Source of the DNA: Vulcanimicrobiota bacterium
GTDB lineage: Bacteria > Vulcanimicrobiota > Xenobia > Xenobiales > JADMJV01
NCBI GenBank assembly: GCA_050250895.1
Contig: JBFWNU010000001.1
Span: 1,512,008 to 1,576,007 of the forward strand
DNA: 64,000 nt
Direction: 5' to 3'
The position numbers and the translations under genes were made by a program. Position 1 is the first letter of the stretch; the number at the start of each line of letters is the position of its first letter. Shown piece after piece: positions 44,701-55,500 of this stretch. The notes beneath the pieces were generated by a model. The model had not been told where the DNA came from and did not search any database. It was given only the letters and a program-made list of their open reading frames with translations.

Positions 44701-47700
44701 CTAGGGCAGGCAGCGCAAGGGGGTCATATAGACGTTGAGCTGGCCGCTATCGCCTGCCCGCAGGTTATTGGCAAAGGATACGAAGGCTAGAAACCGGCCG
44801 TCGTAGGACAGGGTCGAGCAGAAGGTGTTGTCTTCGGGGAAGCCCCCGGCAGCCGAAAAGACGGCTTGCGACAGGGTGCCCGCGGTGCGGTCGTAGAGAT
44901 AAGGAATGCAGTCACCAGTGGCCCCGGTCACCAGGGTCGTGGCGTCGGTTTCGAAAGCCACCAGACCTCCGTCCGAGGACACATTAGGGTTGAGGCAGTC
45001 GCTGTCGGGCTCAACGCCTGCGTCCGAGAGGCTGACTCGGGTGGTGGTGCCGCTGGCCACTTCGACCAGATAGATGTCGGTGACGGCGTTGGTGTCGCCA
45101 CTGACCAGGTTGGTGGCCTCGGATTCGAAAGCCACGAAGGCTCCGTCTTTGGAGATACGGGGGTGGTTTGATAGTCCGTCAGGGTCGCCCCCACCGGACG
45201 CTTCACTGATGCGGGTGGTGACTCCGGTGGTTCGGTTGTAGAGGAAGATATCTTTGAGGGCGTTGCCGTCGGTGGTGCTCAAGAGGTTGGTGGCTTCAGA
45301 ATCGAACACGACCAGGTTACCATCCTCCGAGATATCGGAGTTGGTCGAGCGTCCGTCGCTATCTCCACCGCCATCGGCCACACTGACCCGTTCGATGGTG
45401 TCGTTGAGCCGGTCATAAACGAAGCAATCCTGAAAGCCATTGCCGTCACCGCTCACCAGATTGGTGGCTTCGGACTCGAAGGTGACGTAGCGGCCATCCG
45501 GCGTGATGCGGGCGTCTGAAGAGCGACCGTCGGCATCGCCACCGCTGGTGTTGACGGTGATGCGGCGGGTGGTCTGGTTGACCCGGTCATAGAGAAAGAT
45601 GTCTTGCTCGCCGTTGGCGTCACCGCTGACCAGGTCGGAGGCGTCCGATTCATAGACGATATAGCGACCATCGCCCGAAATGACCGGCACGTCACTGTCT
45701 CCGTTGGGATCGCCGCCGCCGGTGTCGAGGCTGATGCGCTGGTTGGTGTTGGTCTTGAAGTCGTAGAGATAGACATCATAAGCGTCATTGCCGACTCCGC
45801 CGGTGAGGTCGGTGGCCAGCGAGATAAAGACTAGAAAGCGTCCGTCCGAAGAGAGCGCCGGCCAGTCCGACTCGTCGTCAGGTTCGTCGCCGGCCGTGGT
45901 GGTGCTGCCGCGCAGGTTGATATGGTCGACCACGGTGGCCGTGAGCAACGGTCGAGTGCCGGTGACCTTTTCCACCGCCGACAGGTCGACCGAACCGGTC
46001 GAGACGCCGGTCACCCGCCCCACCGTCGAGACGGTGGCCACGCTGGTGGTGGCGCTGAACCAATCCCGCAAGAAGCGCCGAATATCGAGGGTCAGGCCGT
46101 TACTGAAGACGCCCGGAGCGGCCAGTTCGCACTCCATAGCGGTGAGCAGGCCGACTTCTTCCTCCAGGCTGATGCTCTCAAGCTGGGGGCCCACCCCATA
46201 ACCCCAGGCCGGCAACACGGGACTGGCCACCGCCAGCCCCGCCAGGCTGGCGCCGGTGCCGCCGGTGGGCACCACCTCGAGGGTGGTGAGAGCACCGGTG
46301 GTGGCGTTGAGGTCAAAAGAATAGATCTGATCGGTGGCCTGGCCGGTGACGTAGAGGAAGGCTCCGCTGGGATCGACCACCAGGCGGGCCGGAGCAGCGT
46401 TAGTGGACGAATCCACCGTGAAAGCCGTGGAGAGACCCAGGGTCTTGTCGGCGTTGACGGCAAAGCGGTGAATGGAGTTGGTGGCATTGATGGAATAGAC
46501 GAAGCCGCCTCGGGGCTCGACCACCACGTCGCGCACTCCGCCGCTGCTGACCACTTGACTGCCCAGCGAAATCAGGGCTCCGGTCGTGGCCTCGATCGAG
46601 AAGGCTTCGACGGTGCCGGTGCCGCCTCCGTTGCAGCCCACATAGATGGCGTCGCCGTCAGGATGCACGGCCAGGGCCACCGGCTGATTGATGGCGGTGG
46701 CGAAGGGCGAGCCCGGTACTTCGCTCAGGCTGCCGGCATCGCTCATCGAGAAGGCGCTGACCGTCTGGTCGGTCTGGTTACAGACAAAAACATAACAGCC
46801 TTCGGCTCCGTAGGCGATGCGAGCCGCCCCGCTGCCGGCCGCGCCGCTGGAGGGATTGGTGCGGCTGAAGGTGCCGGTGGAAGGGTCGATGATGAAGCCT
46901 TCGATGCCGCCCTGGTCGTTGAGGGCGTGGGCGAAGCGACCGCTCGGGTCGGCGCCGCAACCACGGCCAGTCCGCTCTCGGGCGAGGTGCTCTCGGCCTG
47001 AGTCAGGCTGCCGCTGCTGAGGTCGATCTGAAAGTTCTTGAAGAGGCTGGTGGAAAGATTGGTCACCTCGAGGAAGGTGCCGCGCGGGTTGACGGCCAGT
47101 TCGGTGGGACCGTCACCGGTCAGACTGAGGTTGGTTCCGGGGGTCAGAGTCCCATCGTTGTTGAGGCTGTAGACATAGATCACTTCGCTGGCCGGGTCCG
47201 CGGCATACAGAAAGTTGGGAGTCTCGGGAAAGCTGCCGCTGGCCAGGCTGATGGTGTGGCCGGAGAGGTCTCGCAGATAGAGGTCGTCGTCATGGGTCGT
47301 GTCGCTGGTGTCGAGATTGCTGGCCGTCGAGCGAATGGCGGCTCCCACACCGTCATAGTGGACGGCCACCATGTCGGTATCGCTGTCGCCCTTGGTGCCG
47401 GCCACTCCATTCGCCCGACTGAGCAAGGTGACCGTGCCGCTGTCGTAGAGGTAGGCGTCGGGGGTGGTGTCGGTGTCGTCGGGGTCTAGATTGGTGGCGA
47501 TCGAGGCGAAGACTACCTGGCCGCTCTCGTCGATGGAGTTGAAGGCCGAATGTCCGTTGCCTTCGTTGCCCGACGAGTCGACACTTACCCGGGTGGTGGT
47601 GCCGGCGTTGACATCGCGCACGAAGACGTCGTAGGCATCGTTGGTGTCGCCGGCCACCAGGTCGGTGGCTCGAGAAAGGAAGGAAACCAGCGGCGTGGCT

Positions 47701-48692
47701 TCGGTGCCACCGAGGATGGGGCACTGGCTGTGGGAGTCTCCGGCGGTGCTGGTGCCGTCGATGGCGCTCACCAGGGTGGTGGTGGAAAGAGTCGTGTCGC
47801 GGACATAGATTTGGCGGCTGCCGTTGGCGTTGGGAAGGGCGTTGTCGGCGCTCGAAAAGACCACGAAGCGGCCGTTCTCGGAGATGGTCGGATCGTTGGA
47901 GGAGGCGGCCACTAACTGGGCTCCGCTGTTATCGAGGCTGACCCGTTCCGTGACGCCGGTCTGCAAATCGTGGCGGAAGACATCGATCAAGCCGTTGGTG
48001 TCGTTGGCCACCAGATTGCCGGCTTCCGAGGCATAGACGACGTAGCGGCCGTCGGCCGAGAGCTGGGGTACGTACGAGTCTTCGTCGGCTTCGGTTCCCG
48101 AGGAGTCGACACTGACGCGCGTGGTGGTGCCGGTCTCAAGGTCGCGCACGAAGATGTCGAACGAACTATTGCCGTCGCCATCAACCAGGTTGGTCGAACT
48201 CGAGCGAAACGCCACGTAGCGACCGTCTCGCGAGATGGTGGCTTCGTGGCTGTTGCCGTTGGCCTGGGCGTTGCCGGGGCCCAGGCTGACCCGGGTGAGG
48301 CACCCGGACTTGTAGTCGCGCAGATAGATGTCGTCTTTGTCGTTGCTGTCGCCCGGAATGAGTGCTTCGCCGGAATGGAAGACGAAGTAGCGGATGCCGC
48401 TGAAGTCGTCACCGTCGGCGGTGCAAGGATGCTTGAGGCTGGCCGCGCCCCGGTTGACGCCGCGCCCGATGAACTCACGAGCCGCCTGATCGTCATCCTC
48501 GGCAAGGAGGTGCCCCAGAGTATCGTCATCCTCGACCACGGGTAAGGGGTTGGCCACGGTCGGGCCGCCCGGGGCGCTCACCGCGGCCAGTCCGGTCGCT
48601 GGTCCACCTCCGGTCTCGTTAGTGCCGACCGAGATCGGTCCATTGCATCCCCACAACAGGGTCAGGATCACAAGAGAAATCAGTCTTTTCAC
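44701..48692 (-). pseudogene. Frameshifted ~1330-aa lipoprotein: TolB/PD40-like propeller, lactonase-like propeller, Ig (Big_2)-like domain, second TolB-like propeller (true pseudogene or sequencing indel)
   Basis: SD AGGAG + GTG 48692, lipobox LWGC; repeats ISRDGRYVAF, DTNGLIDVF; after ~46972 the other frame continues DPSGRFAHALN...SAFSMSDAGSL directly into ORF 44701..46746. Confidence 0.8.
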
Positions 48693-48700
48693 GGGAACTC

Positions 48701-49174
48701 CTAAACTGGGGTGCAGGGACACGAGGTCAGGTCAAGGTCGGCTGCGGCTCGACAACGACAGTCGGGGTCGGTGGCCGAAGGGCCGCAGGTGCGGGTGCCA
48801 AAGATGCCGTCGCAGAGCGTGCCGCAGAAGCCACCGGCTTCACACTCGTCGTCGGTGATCAAAGATTGCGCCAGGGCCGGCAAGGGGGCCAGCACCGAGG
48901 TCACGGCCACGCCGGCGGCGGCTAACAGGGCGCGGCGGCCGGGATCGGGCGAAGTGGGCGGACTTGCGAGCAACCCCAGTTGGGCAAGGTCGGCCAGGAT
49001 CGCTTGCTCGACCTCGTTGGGCTGTTCGAGTTGGCCCTGCTGGCAGGCTTCAAAGCAGGCCCGGGCCGGACCGCTCAGCTCGAAGGCTCGGGTCTGGGCG
49101 GGATCGTAGATCAACAACGATTGGCCCACGGGTTGACAGATGAGCTCCCCGACCGGAGAGAAAAAGCCACTCAT
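48701..49174 (-). CDS. PqqD/RRE-like domain fused to an RR-leader and a Cys-rich C-terminal peptide
   Basis: ICQPVGQSLLIYDP...AFELSGPARACFEAC...LADLAQLGLL; RRALLAAAG..VTSVLAPLPALAQS; 8 Cys in the last ~50 aa. Confidence 0.7.
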   Translation of the reverse strand: MSGFFSPVGELICQPVGQSLLIYDPAQTRAFELSGPARACFEACQQGQLEQPNEVEQAILADLAQLGLLASPPTSPDPGRRALLAAAGVAVTSVLAPLPALAQSLITDDECEAGGFCGTLCDGIFGTRTCGPSATDPDCRCRAAADLDLTSCPCTPV

Positions 49175-49242
49175 AGTTGTCGATGCTAGACGGCAACTGT
49201 GACGGAACCTAAGGCAAATGTAAAAGAAGTGTGTGTGAAGTT

Positions 49243-51117
49243 TTAGCGCCTTTTATGACGGGCGATGAGAGCTCGGGTCTTCATCTCGTCTGCTTCTGGC
49301 CCCCGGCGCAGAGCCTGGTAGACTTCGGCCAGAAAGGCGTAGAGTTCGGAGTCCTCCACGCCGGCTTTATCGGCCGCCTCCAGGGCCATACGGGCCAGTT
49401 TGGCCGTGGTCTCGAGGTCGCCGGCGGCGAACTCTTCGCGGGCCCGCATCAAGGCTGCCCGCCACAGGACATCCTCCACGTCTTCGGCCCGAGTCAAGGC
49501 GGCCAGGGCCTCTTTGAGGGTGCGCGCACACGACTTCTTGAGCCTTTGGCGCAGGTCGACCACGAGCATCAGGTGACGTCCGAGTAGGGCCGAGTCGTCG
49601 AGTCGACGAGCGTGGGTGAGAGCTTCCTCGAGCAGTTCGAGGGCCTCGACATCGGCCAGCGACCCGGCCTGCTCTTGAGTTTGGCGCACCAGCTTGGTGA
49701 GCAGCCGTTCGGCTTCCTGGCGGTTGCCACTGGTGTGATGCAGGTTGGCCAGCCGGCGCATCGACTCGAGATCGACGCTCTGCATCTCGAGACTCTTGAG
49801 ATAGCACTCCTCGACCATGACCTGAAAGGTCGGGCCCACTGGACCCCGATAGTGGCGCAGCTCGCTCAGCAGCGGCAAGCACTTGACTTGCTCGCTTTCG
49901 GGCAGCTGCGTAAAGCGCTCGACGACCTCGCGGGCCAGGCTCGAGATGTAGGTCTCGAGACGCGGCTGGAGCTTGTCGCGGGCCAGCGAAGGGAAAGGCC
50001 CGGGGGCCGAGATCACCACGGCCGCTTGCAGTTCGAGTTCGACCGGGGCTTTATTGGGACGGCCATTGATGATCAGGGTGATTCCCTTGAGGTCGGCCCG
50101 TTGGGGGTGCAGTCCGATTTCAATGGTGAAAGGGTCGACATGGCTCTCTGAGTGGGCCACCACGGCCGCCGCCGGGGCTTCGATGGCTACGCCTTCGGGG
50201 CAGACCGCTTTCCAGGCCAGACAAGAGCCGATGGCCGAAGGCACCGCCTCGGTGTCGAGCAGGACCGAGGTCTCTTCGGTGAGTTGACCGGTGGCCGGGC
50301 CCTCCATCGAGAGCGCTTTGCGCACCTGGTGGATATTGCGATAGCGTCCGTCCTTGCGGATGGACATCATCTTCAGGAGGGCGCGCTCGAGTCGGGCCGG
50401 GATGGCGGGGTTGATGGTGCGAGGCGATTTCAAGCTTTCGACCCCGGCCACGATAGCCACCACCGGGGGCGGGATCTCCCGGGTCAGCAGGGTGTAGAGG
50501 GTGGCTCCCAGAGAGAAGATGTCGCTGCGAGGGTCGGTGCCCTCCCCGCCGTACTGCTCCAGGGGTGCATAGCCGGCCGAGCCCATCCCCCGAATGTAAG
50601 TTTGGGTCTGAGTCTCATCCTGAAAGACCCGGGCGATGCCGAAGTCGATCAGACGGAGCTTCTCGCTGCGGTCGATCATCACGTTGCTGGGCTTGAGATC
50701 GCGAAAGATGATCGGAGGGTCCTGGGCATGCAGATAGTCCAGCGCATCGCACAGCTGGTTGGCCCAACCCAGCACGCGTTCGACGGCAAAAAAGGTGGGA
50801 ACTTTGTCCACTGCTTGCTTGAGGGTCAAGCCGTCGATGAAAGGCATCACCAGATACTGGCTGTCGCCCTCTTCGAAGTAGTCGAGCACCTGGACCAGTC
50901 CCGGGTGCTCGAGCGAGACCAACAGTTGGGCCTCGTGGCGAAACTGGTCCACGGCTTGCTCGCGCTCTTCGGCCCGGCTGGGGGGCACCATCAGCTCTTT
51001 GACGGCCACCATCGAGCCAACCCAGGTACGTGCCAGATAGACCGCTCCCATGCCCCCGCGGCCGATTACCTTCATGACATGGTACTTCCTAGCGAGAACC
51101 GTCCCGGCAGCCAGCAC
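49243..51117 (-). CDS. Ser/Thr protein kinase with a C-terminal TPR-like region
   Basis: IGRGGMGAVY, VAVKE, IIFRDLKPSN, DFGIAR, GYAPLEQ. Confidence 0.92.
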   Translation of the reverse strand: MLAAGTVLARKYHVMKVIGRGGMGAVYLARTWVGSMVAVKELMVPPSRAEEREQAVDQFRHEAQLLVSLEHPGLVQVLDYFEEGDSQYLVMPFIDGLTLKQAVDKVPTFFAVERVLGWANQLCDALDYLHAQDPPIIFRDLKPSNVMIDRSEKLRLIDFGIARVFQDETQTQTYIRGMGSAGYAPLEQYGGEGTDPRSDIFSLGATLYTLLTREIPPPVVAIVAGVESLKSPRTINPAIPARLERALLKMMSIRKDGRYRNIHQVRKALSMEGPATGQLTEETSVLLDTEAVPSAIGSCLAWKAVCPEGVAIEAPAAAVVAHSESHVDPFTIEIGLHPQRADLKGITLIINGRPNKAPVELELQAAVVISAPGPFPSLARDKLQPRLETYISSLAREVVERFTQLPESEQVKCLPLLSELRHYRGPVGPTFQVMVEECYLKSLEMQSVDLESMRRLANLHHTSGNRQEAERLLTKLVRQTQEQAGSLADVEALELLEEALTHARRLDDSALLGRHLMLVVDLRQRLKKSCARTLKEALAALTRAEDVEDVLWRAALMRAREEFAAGDLETTAKLARMALEAADKAGVEDSELYAFLAEVYQALRRGPEADEMKTRALIARHKRR

Positions 51118-51141
51118 CTGCCTAACTTTCTCGTTGGCTCA

Positions 51142-51936
51142 TCAAGTCCTACCGATCTCGGTGGCGGTCAGGAAATCATGCAGCAGGCCAGCCACTCGCC
51201 CGGCTACGTCAAATCGACCCAGATCGACAAAATCCATATGTCCGACCTCGGCTAGCACCACGCATCTGGCATCGGGCAACAGGTCGGCCAGACGGATGCG
51301 ATCCTGGTAGCGGGTGCCGTCAGAGGTGTGGTCGCGGCTGCCAGTCATCAGCAAAGTCGGGACGTGCAACTCGCCGAAGGCCTCGGGTCGGAAAAGGCGA
51401 CCCGGCGCCTGAAAGGACAACGCCGCCACCGCTCGCACCCGCTCGTCCCGAAAGTGATAGCGGCGGCCCTCGATCTCGACCGGTACGCCGGCCACGGCTA
51501 GAGCCGCATAGGCGCCCAAGGAGTGGCCGGCCACCGCCAGCCGTTCGACTCCGAAGGCCTGCTGCAGGCGCCCGATTAGCCAGCCAAGATCCACCGGCCG
51601 GTCACGCATGCTAGGCGGGCTGTGAACCTTGCGGCCCAGGGCGGGCCCCGGGCGCAAGAGTCGCTCGGGCAAGAGGCGAACGGCCGCGGGACGGTCGCTG
51701 CCGGGGTGTTCCACCATCGCTACTGCCCAGCCCAGCGAGCGTAAAGCGAGGGCCAGGCGGGAATAATCCAGCAGACTGCCGCCAAATCCGCTCGAGAAGA
51801 CCAACCAACCGCGCGGGTCGCCAGGCAGATACAACGCGCAACCAAGGCGGCGAGAGCGGCTCGGGTCGTGACACTCCCAGACCGTGTCGGGAGCGTGGCG
51901 GCTGGTGTAGCCAAGCCAGTTTAGCAGTTTATGCAA
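51142..51936 (-). CDS. Alpha/beta hydrolase (PAF-AH/dienelactone hydrolase-like)
   Basis: SGFGG, VEHPGSD, GHSLG nucleophile, MTGSRD, GHMDF. Confidence 0.85.
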   Translation of the reverse strand: MHKLLNWLGYTSRHAPDTVWECHDPSRSRRLGCALYLPGDPRGWLVFSSGFGGSLLDYSRLALALRSLGWAVAMVEHPGSDRPAAVRLLPERLLRPGPALGRKVHSPPSMRDRPVDLGWLIGRLQQAFGVERLAVAGHSLGAYAALAVAGVPVEIEGRRYHFRDERVRAVAALSFQAPGRLFRPEAFGELHVPTLLMTGSRDHTSDGTRYQDRIRLADLLPDARCVVLAEVGHMDFVDLGRFDVAGRVAGLLHDFLTATEIGRT

Positions 51937-51989
51937 GCAGGGCTTCCAATTCGTTTCGCGAAAGCGGGGGCGCTTCGAGAGATATCAAT

Positions 51990-52562
51990 ATGCAGATTTT
52001 CTACTTTCTGGTCGCATTTCTTTTCGCCGTTTGTCTGGGCAGCATCATCGAGTGGTTCGTCCACAAGGACCTGATGCATAGCATCCGCTTCATGCGCACG
52101 CCTCACCAGCGCCACGCCGTCGAGCATCATGCCGAGCGTCGAGCTCCGGGCAAATACTACGCTAAGGCAGACGAACTCAAGGAATACCATCTCTTCGAGA
52201 CCTCGTTCATGCCGCTGCTGTGGATCCTGCATTCCCCCGTCTTTGCGGGTGCCTACTATCTGTTCGGTCTGGCGGCCGCCATCGGGGTGGCAGCGGGCAC
52301 GGCCTTTTACGTCTTCGGTTATGAAACGCTGCACTGGTATATGCACTGTCCCGACGACTTCATCTTTCGGGATTCACGCTGGTTCCAGTTTCTTTCGGAG
52401 CATCACCGACTGCATCACAACAAGTCCGACATCAACTATAACGTGGTGTTACCCCTGGGTGACCTGCTCCTGGGCACTTTTGTGACCAGCCATTCAATCA
52501 AGCGGGAGCCAGAGGACATCCGTCGAAATGCTCCGCTTCCGCCTCAAGACGCGATGCGGTAG
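51990..52562 (+). CDS. Fatty acid hydroxylase/sterol desaturase family membrane protein
   Basis: His boxes HKDLMH, HAVEHH, HWYMH, HHRLHH; NYNV..P.GD.LLGT. Confidence 0.85.
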   Translation: MQIFYFLVAFLFAVCLGSIIEWFVHKDLMHSIRFMRTPHQRHAVEHHAERRAPGKYYAKADELKEYHLFETSFMPLLWILHSPVFAGAYYLFGLAAAIGVAAGTAFYVFGYETLHWYMHCPDDFIFRDSRWFQFLSEHHRLHHNKSDINYNVVLPLGDLLLGTFVTSHSIKREPEDIRRNAPLPPQDAMR

Positions 52563-52596
52563 CGAACCTGCGCGTCGATGGGGTGGGGAGCGCCTG

Positions 52597-55500
52597 ATGA
52601 AATCGACCAGCGTGGCCAAGAAGAGTCTCAAGAATTTGAGCGCCGACGAGCGAACGGTGCTCGAGTTGCTATCGCTTTATTACCTGCCCGCCGGCGAAAG
52701 TTCGCTGGTCGAGGCGCTCAAGAGGTACGGCAAGCCGAGCCTGGCCCAGAAGGCGCATGACGTGCTCGAACGCCTGGTCGAGAGTGACCTGGTGACCCGC
52801 AATGGACGCAGTTATCGTTGTCTGCCCGAGGTGGTCGAGCTCGCCAGCCAGAGCGCTGTCGAGGGCAAGCGATTTGAAAAGCTCCAGGCGGCCCTGCCTC
52901 CGCGCAGCTCCATCGCCTCGGCTCTAGAAGATTTCCCCGAAGGGGTGCGCGATCTGCGCCTGGCTCTTTATGCCGGCGACAAGATGGAGTTCGTCAAGCG
53001 CCTCGCCAGTCTGGTCAAACGCCATCCCAACCACTATAACCTGGACCCTCCTCTGAGTCGCATGGCCCGACTGCAAACCGACACCAGGTGGTTGCAATCG
53101 ATGGATGACGGCTTGCGGACCCTGGTGGTCCAGGGGGTGATGCTCAAGGGCAGCCAGCATCTGTTGCCCGGGGCCACGGTGGCCGAGTGGCTGGCCCAGC
53201 AATACAAGAAGGAAGGAGACGGCATCAGTCCTTTCTATCGTCTGCTGCACCTGCAGAATCTCTTGCTCAGCGACGAATTTCGCAAGGTCGACCGGGCTTT
53301 GGTCGACGGCCCGCCCTTGCCCAGCCTCAAAGGCTGGCTCGAATTCGAGAAGGGCCGGTACAAGAAAGCCCTGGCCGAACTCGAGAAGGCTCTCGAGTTG
53401 GCCGGGCGAGAAGCCACCGGCAAGGTGACCCTGACAGGTTTCGCTAGCTTTCTCTTGCCGGTCAGCTACCTGATCTCTGACAAGATCGACGAGGCCAAGC
53501 GCTACGTCGATGGCTTGCGGGGTCTTGACATGGAGGCGCTGCACTGGCTGGTGACGGTTCGTCAGCGAGGCGGGATCGAAGAGCCAGAGTGGTTGCCGCG
53601 CTTCCGGCGGCGCGATCCACGCCTGGACGGGCTCGACGCTCTGGGAGCCGTGCTGGCTCTCTATTGGGCCGGCTGTCTGGAGGAGGCGCGCGAGTTTGAA
53701 GACCGCATGGCGGGGTTGGCTCGCCGCGCCAATGAGGCCGGCTACTTGTGGGTCGAGCGTCAGGCCCGGGCTTTGATGGATCGCTTGAACCATCGAGAAC
53801 CCGAGGGCAAGCACCCTCCCCTGGTGGACGCCCTCAAACCCGCCGAGGCCTGGCGTCGGTCTTTGGATGCGTTGCTCGAGGTGGCCTTGCAGTCGGGCGG
53901 GTCCAGCGGCGAGCGGGTGGCCTGGCGGGTGGAAGAGATCGACGGTCAATTTGGCGTCAGACCTTACCTGCAGAAGCGTTCCAAGAAGGGTGACTGGACG
54001 GGCGGGCGCGACATTTTGCCGGCTCGGCTGCTCAATCAGCACGGCGACGTGCTGCTCGAGCAAGACCGCAACGCCCTGCGAACGCTGGTTCAAGGCCTCG
54101 ATTCGTATCGCGTGGGCGACGAATCGACCCTGGCCGAGCTGGTCGGTCACCCCTATGTTTTCTGGGAGCCCGACCCCAGCATGCGCCTGGAGATTCAGCG
54201 CGGAACCCCCGAGATTCGGGTGCTCGAGCACGAGAAGGAAGTTCAGGTCGACGTCCAACCGGTATTGCCCTATTTCTCGGCTGATGTCGGCGTGTTGCAA
54301 GAGGGTCCCCACCGGCTGCGCGTCTACCGGCTTACCGAGAATCAGAAAGAGATCGCGCGCATTCTCGGCAAAGGCCTGAGAGTGCCGGTCGAGGCGGCCG
54401 ACGAGCTGCGCCAGATCGTCGAGTCGCTGGCCCCCTATATCGGAGTTCAGAGCGACCTTTCGGGCAGCTTCGCCGGCGTCAAGGAAGTCGAAGCCGATTG
54501 TAAGCCCAACCTGTTCTTGATCCCCCACGGGGTCGGTCTGCGACTCGAGATGCGCGTGCTGCCGGTGGGCGAGAACGGACCGGCTTTTGCCCCCAGCCAG
54601 GGCGGCCGGATGGTGCTGGCCGAACTCAAGAAGGTCGGCCGAGTTCAAACCAGTCGCGACCTCGAGCGAGAGTTCGAGCTGGGAGTCGAGATTCTCGAGG
54701 CCTGTCCCACCATCACCCGGTTTGGCCCGGGCGGCTGGAACTGGGTGATCGAATCTCCCACCGATTGCCTCGAAGTGCTAGAAGAGCTGCAAGAACTGCC
54801 GCCAGGTAAGCTCGCGCTGCACTGGCCCGAGGGCGAGACGATGTCGGTCCGCAAGCCGGCCGGCTTACTCAAGATGGAGGTCAAGAAGAGCCGCGATTGG
54901 TTCGCCGTCAACGGCGAACTCGAGGTCGACGAGGATCTGGTGCTCGACATCAACGCCCTGCTCGAGCGACTACAGCACAGTCACGGACGCTTTCTGCAGC
55001 TCGAAGACGGCCAGTTTCTGGCTCTCACCGACCGCTTCCGGCAACGTCTCGAGCAACTGGCCGACCTGCGCGCGGGCAACGGCCAGGAGGTGCTGCTCAA
55101 TCCGCTGGCCGCGGCCGTGGCTCTGGGCGAGGATGTCGAGGGTGACAAAGCCTGGAAAGAGCATGTGCGCCAGTTCAACCAGGCCTGGAGCTACCAGCCC
55201 GAAGTTCCCTCGACCTTGCGGGCGCGTCTGCGCCAGTATCAGCGCGACGGCTTTGCCTGGCTGGGCCAGCTCGCTAACCTTCAGACGGGGGCCTGCCTGG
55301 CCGACGACATGGGTCTTGGCAAGACCCTTCAAGCTCTGACCGTGATTCTCTCCCGCGCCCCTCAGGGACCGACGCTGGTGATAGCGCCGACCTCGGTCTG
55401 TTCGAACTGGCTCGATGAAGCGCATCGCTTCGCGCCCAGCCTGCGTCCCGTGATCTTTGCCGAATCCGACCGGGCCCAGGTGGTGCAGGACGCGGGGCCT

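Noticed and set aside
52924-54648. 574-aa antisense ORF (also 60223..61380, 19688..20863 and 50152..51255)
   Set aside because: Typical high-GC antisense shadows of well-supported genes, with no motifs of their own.
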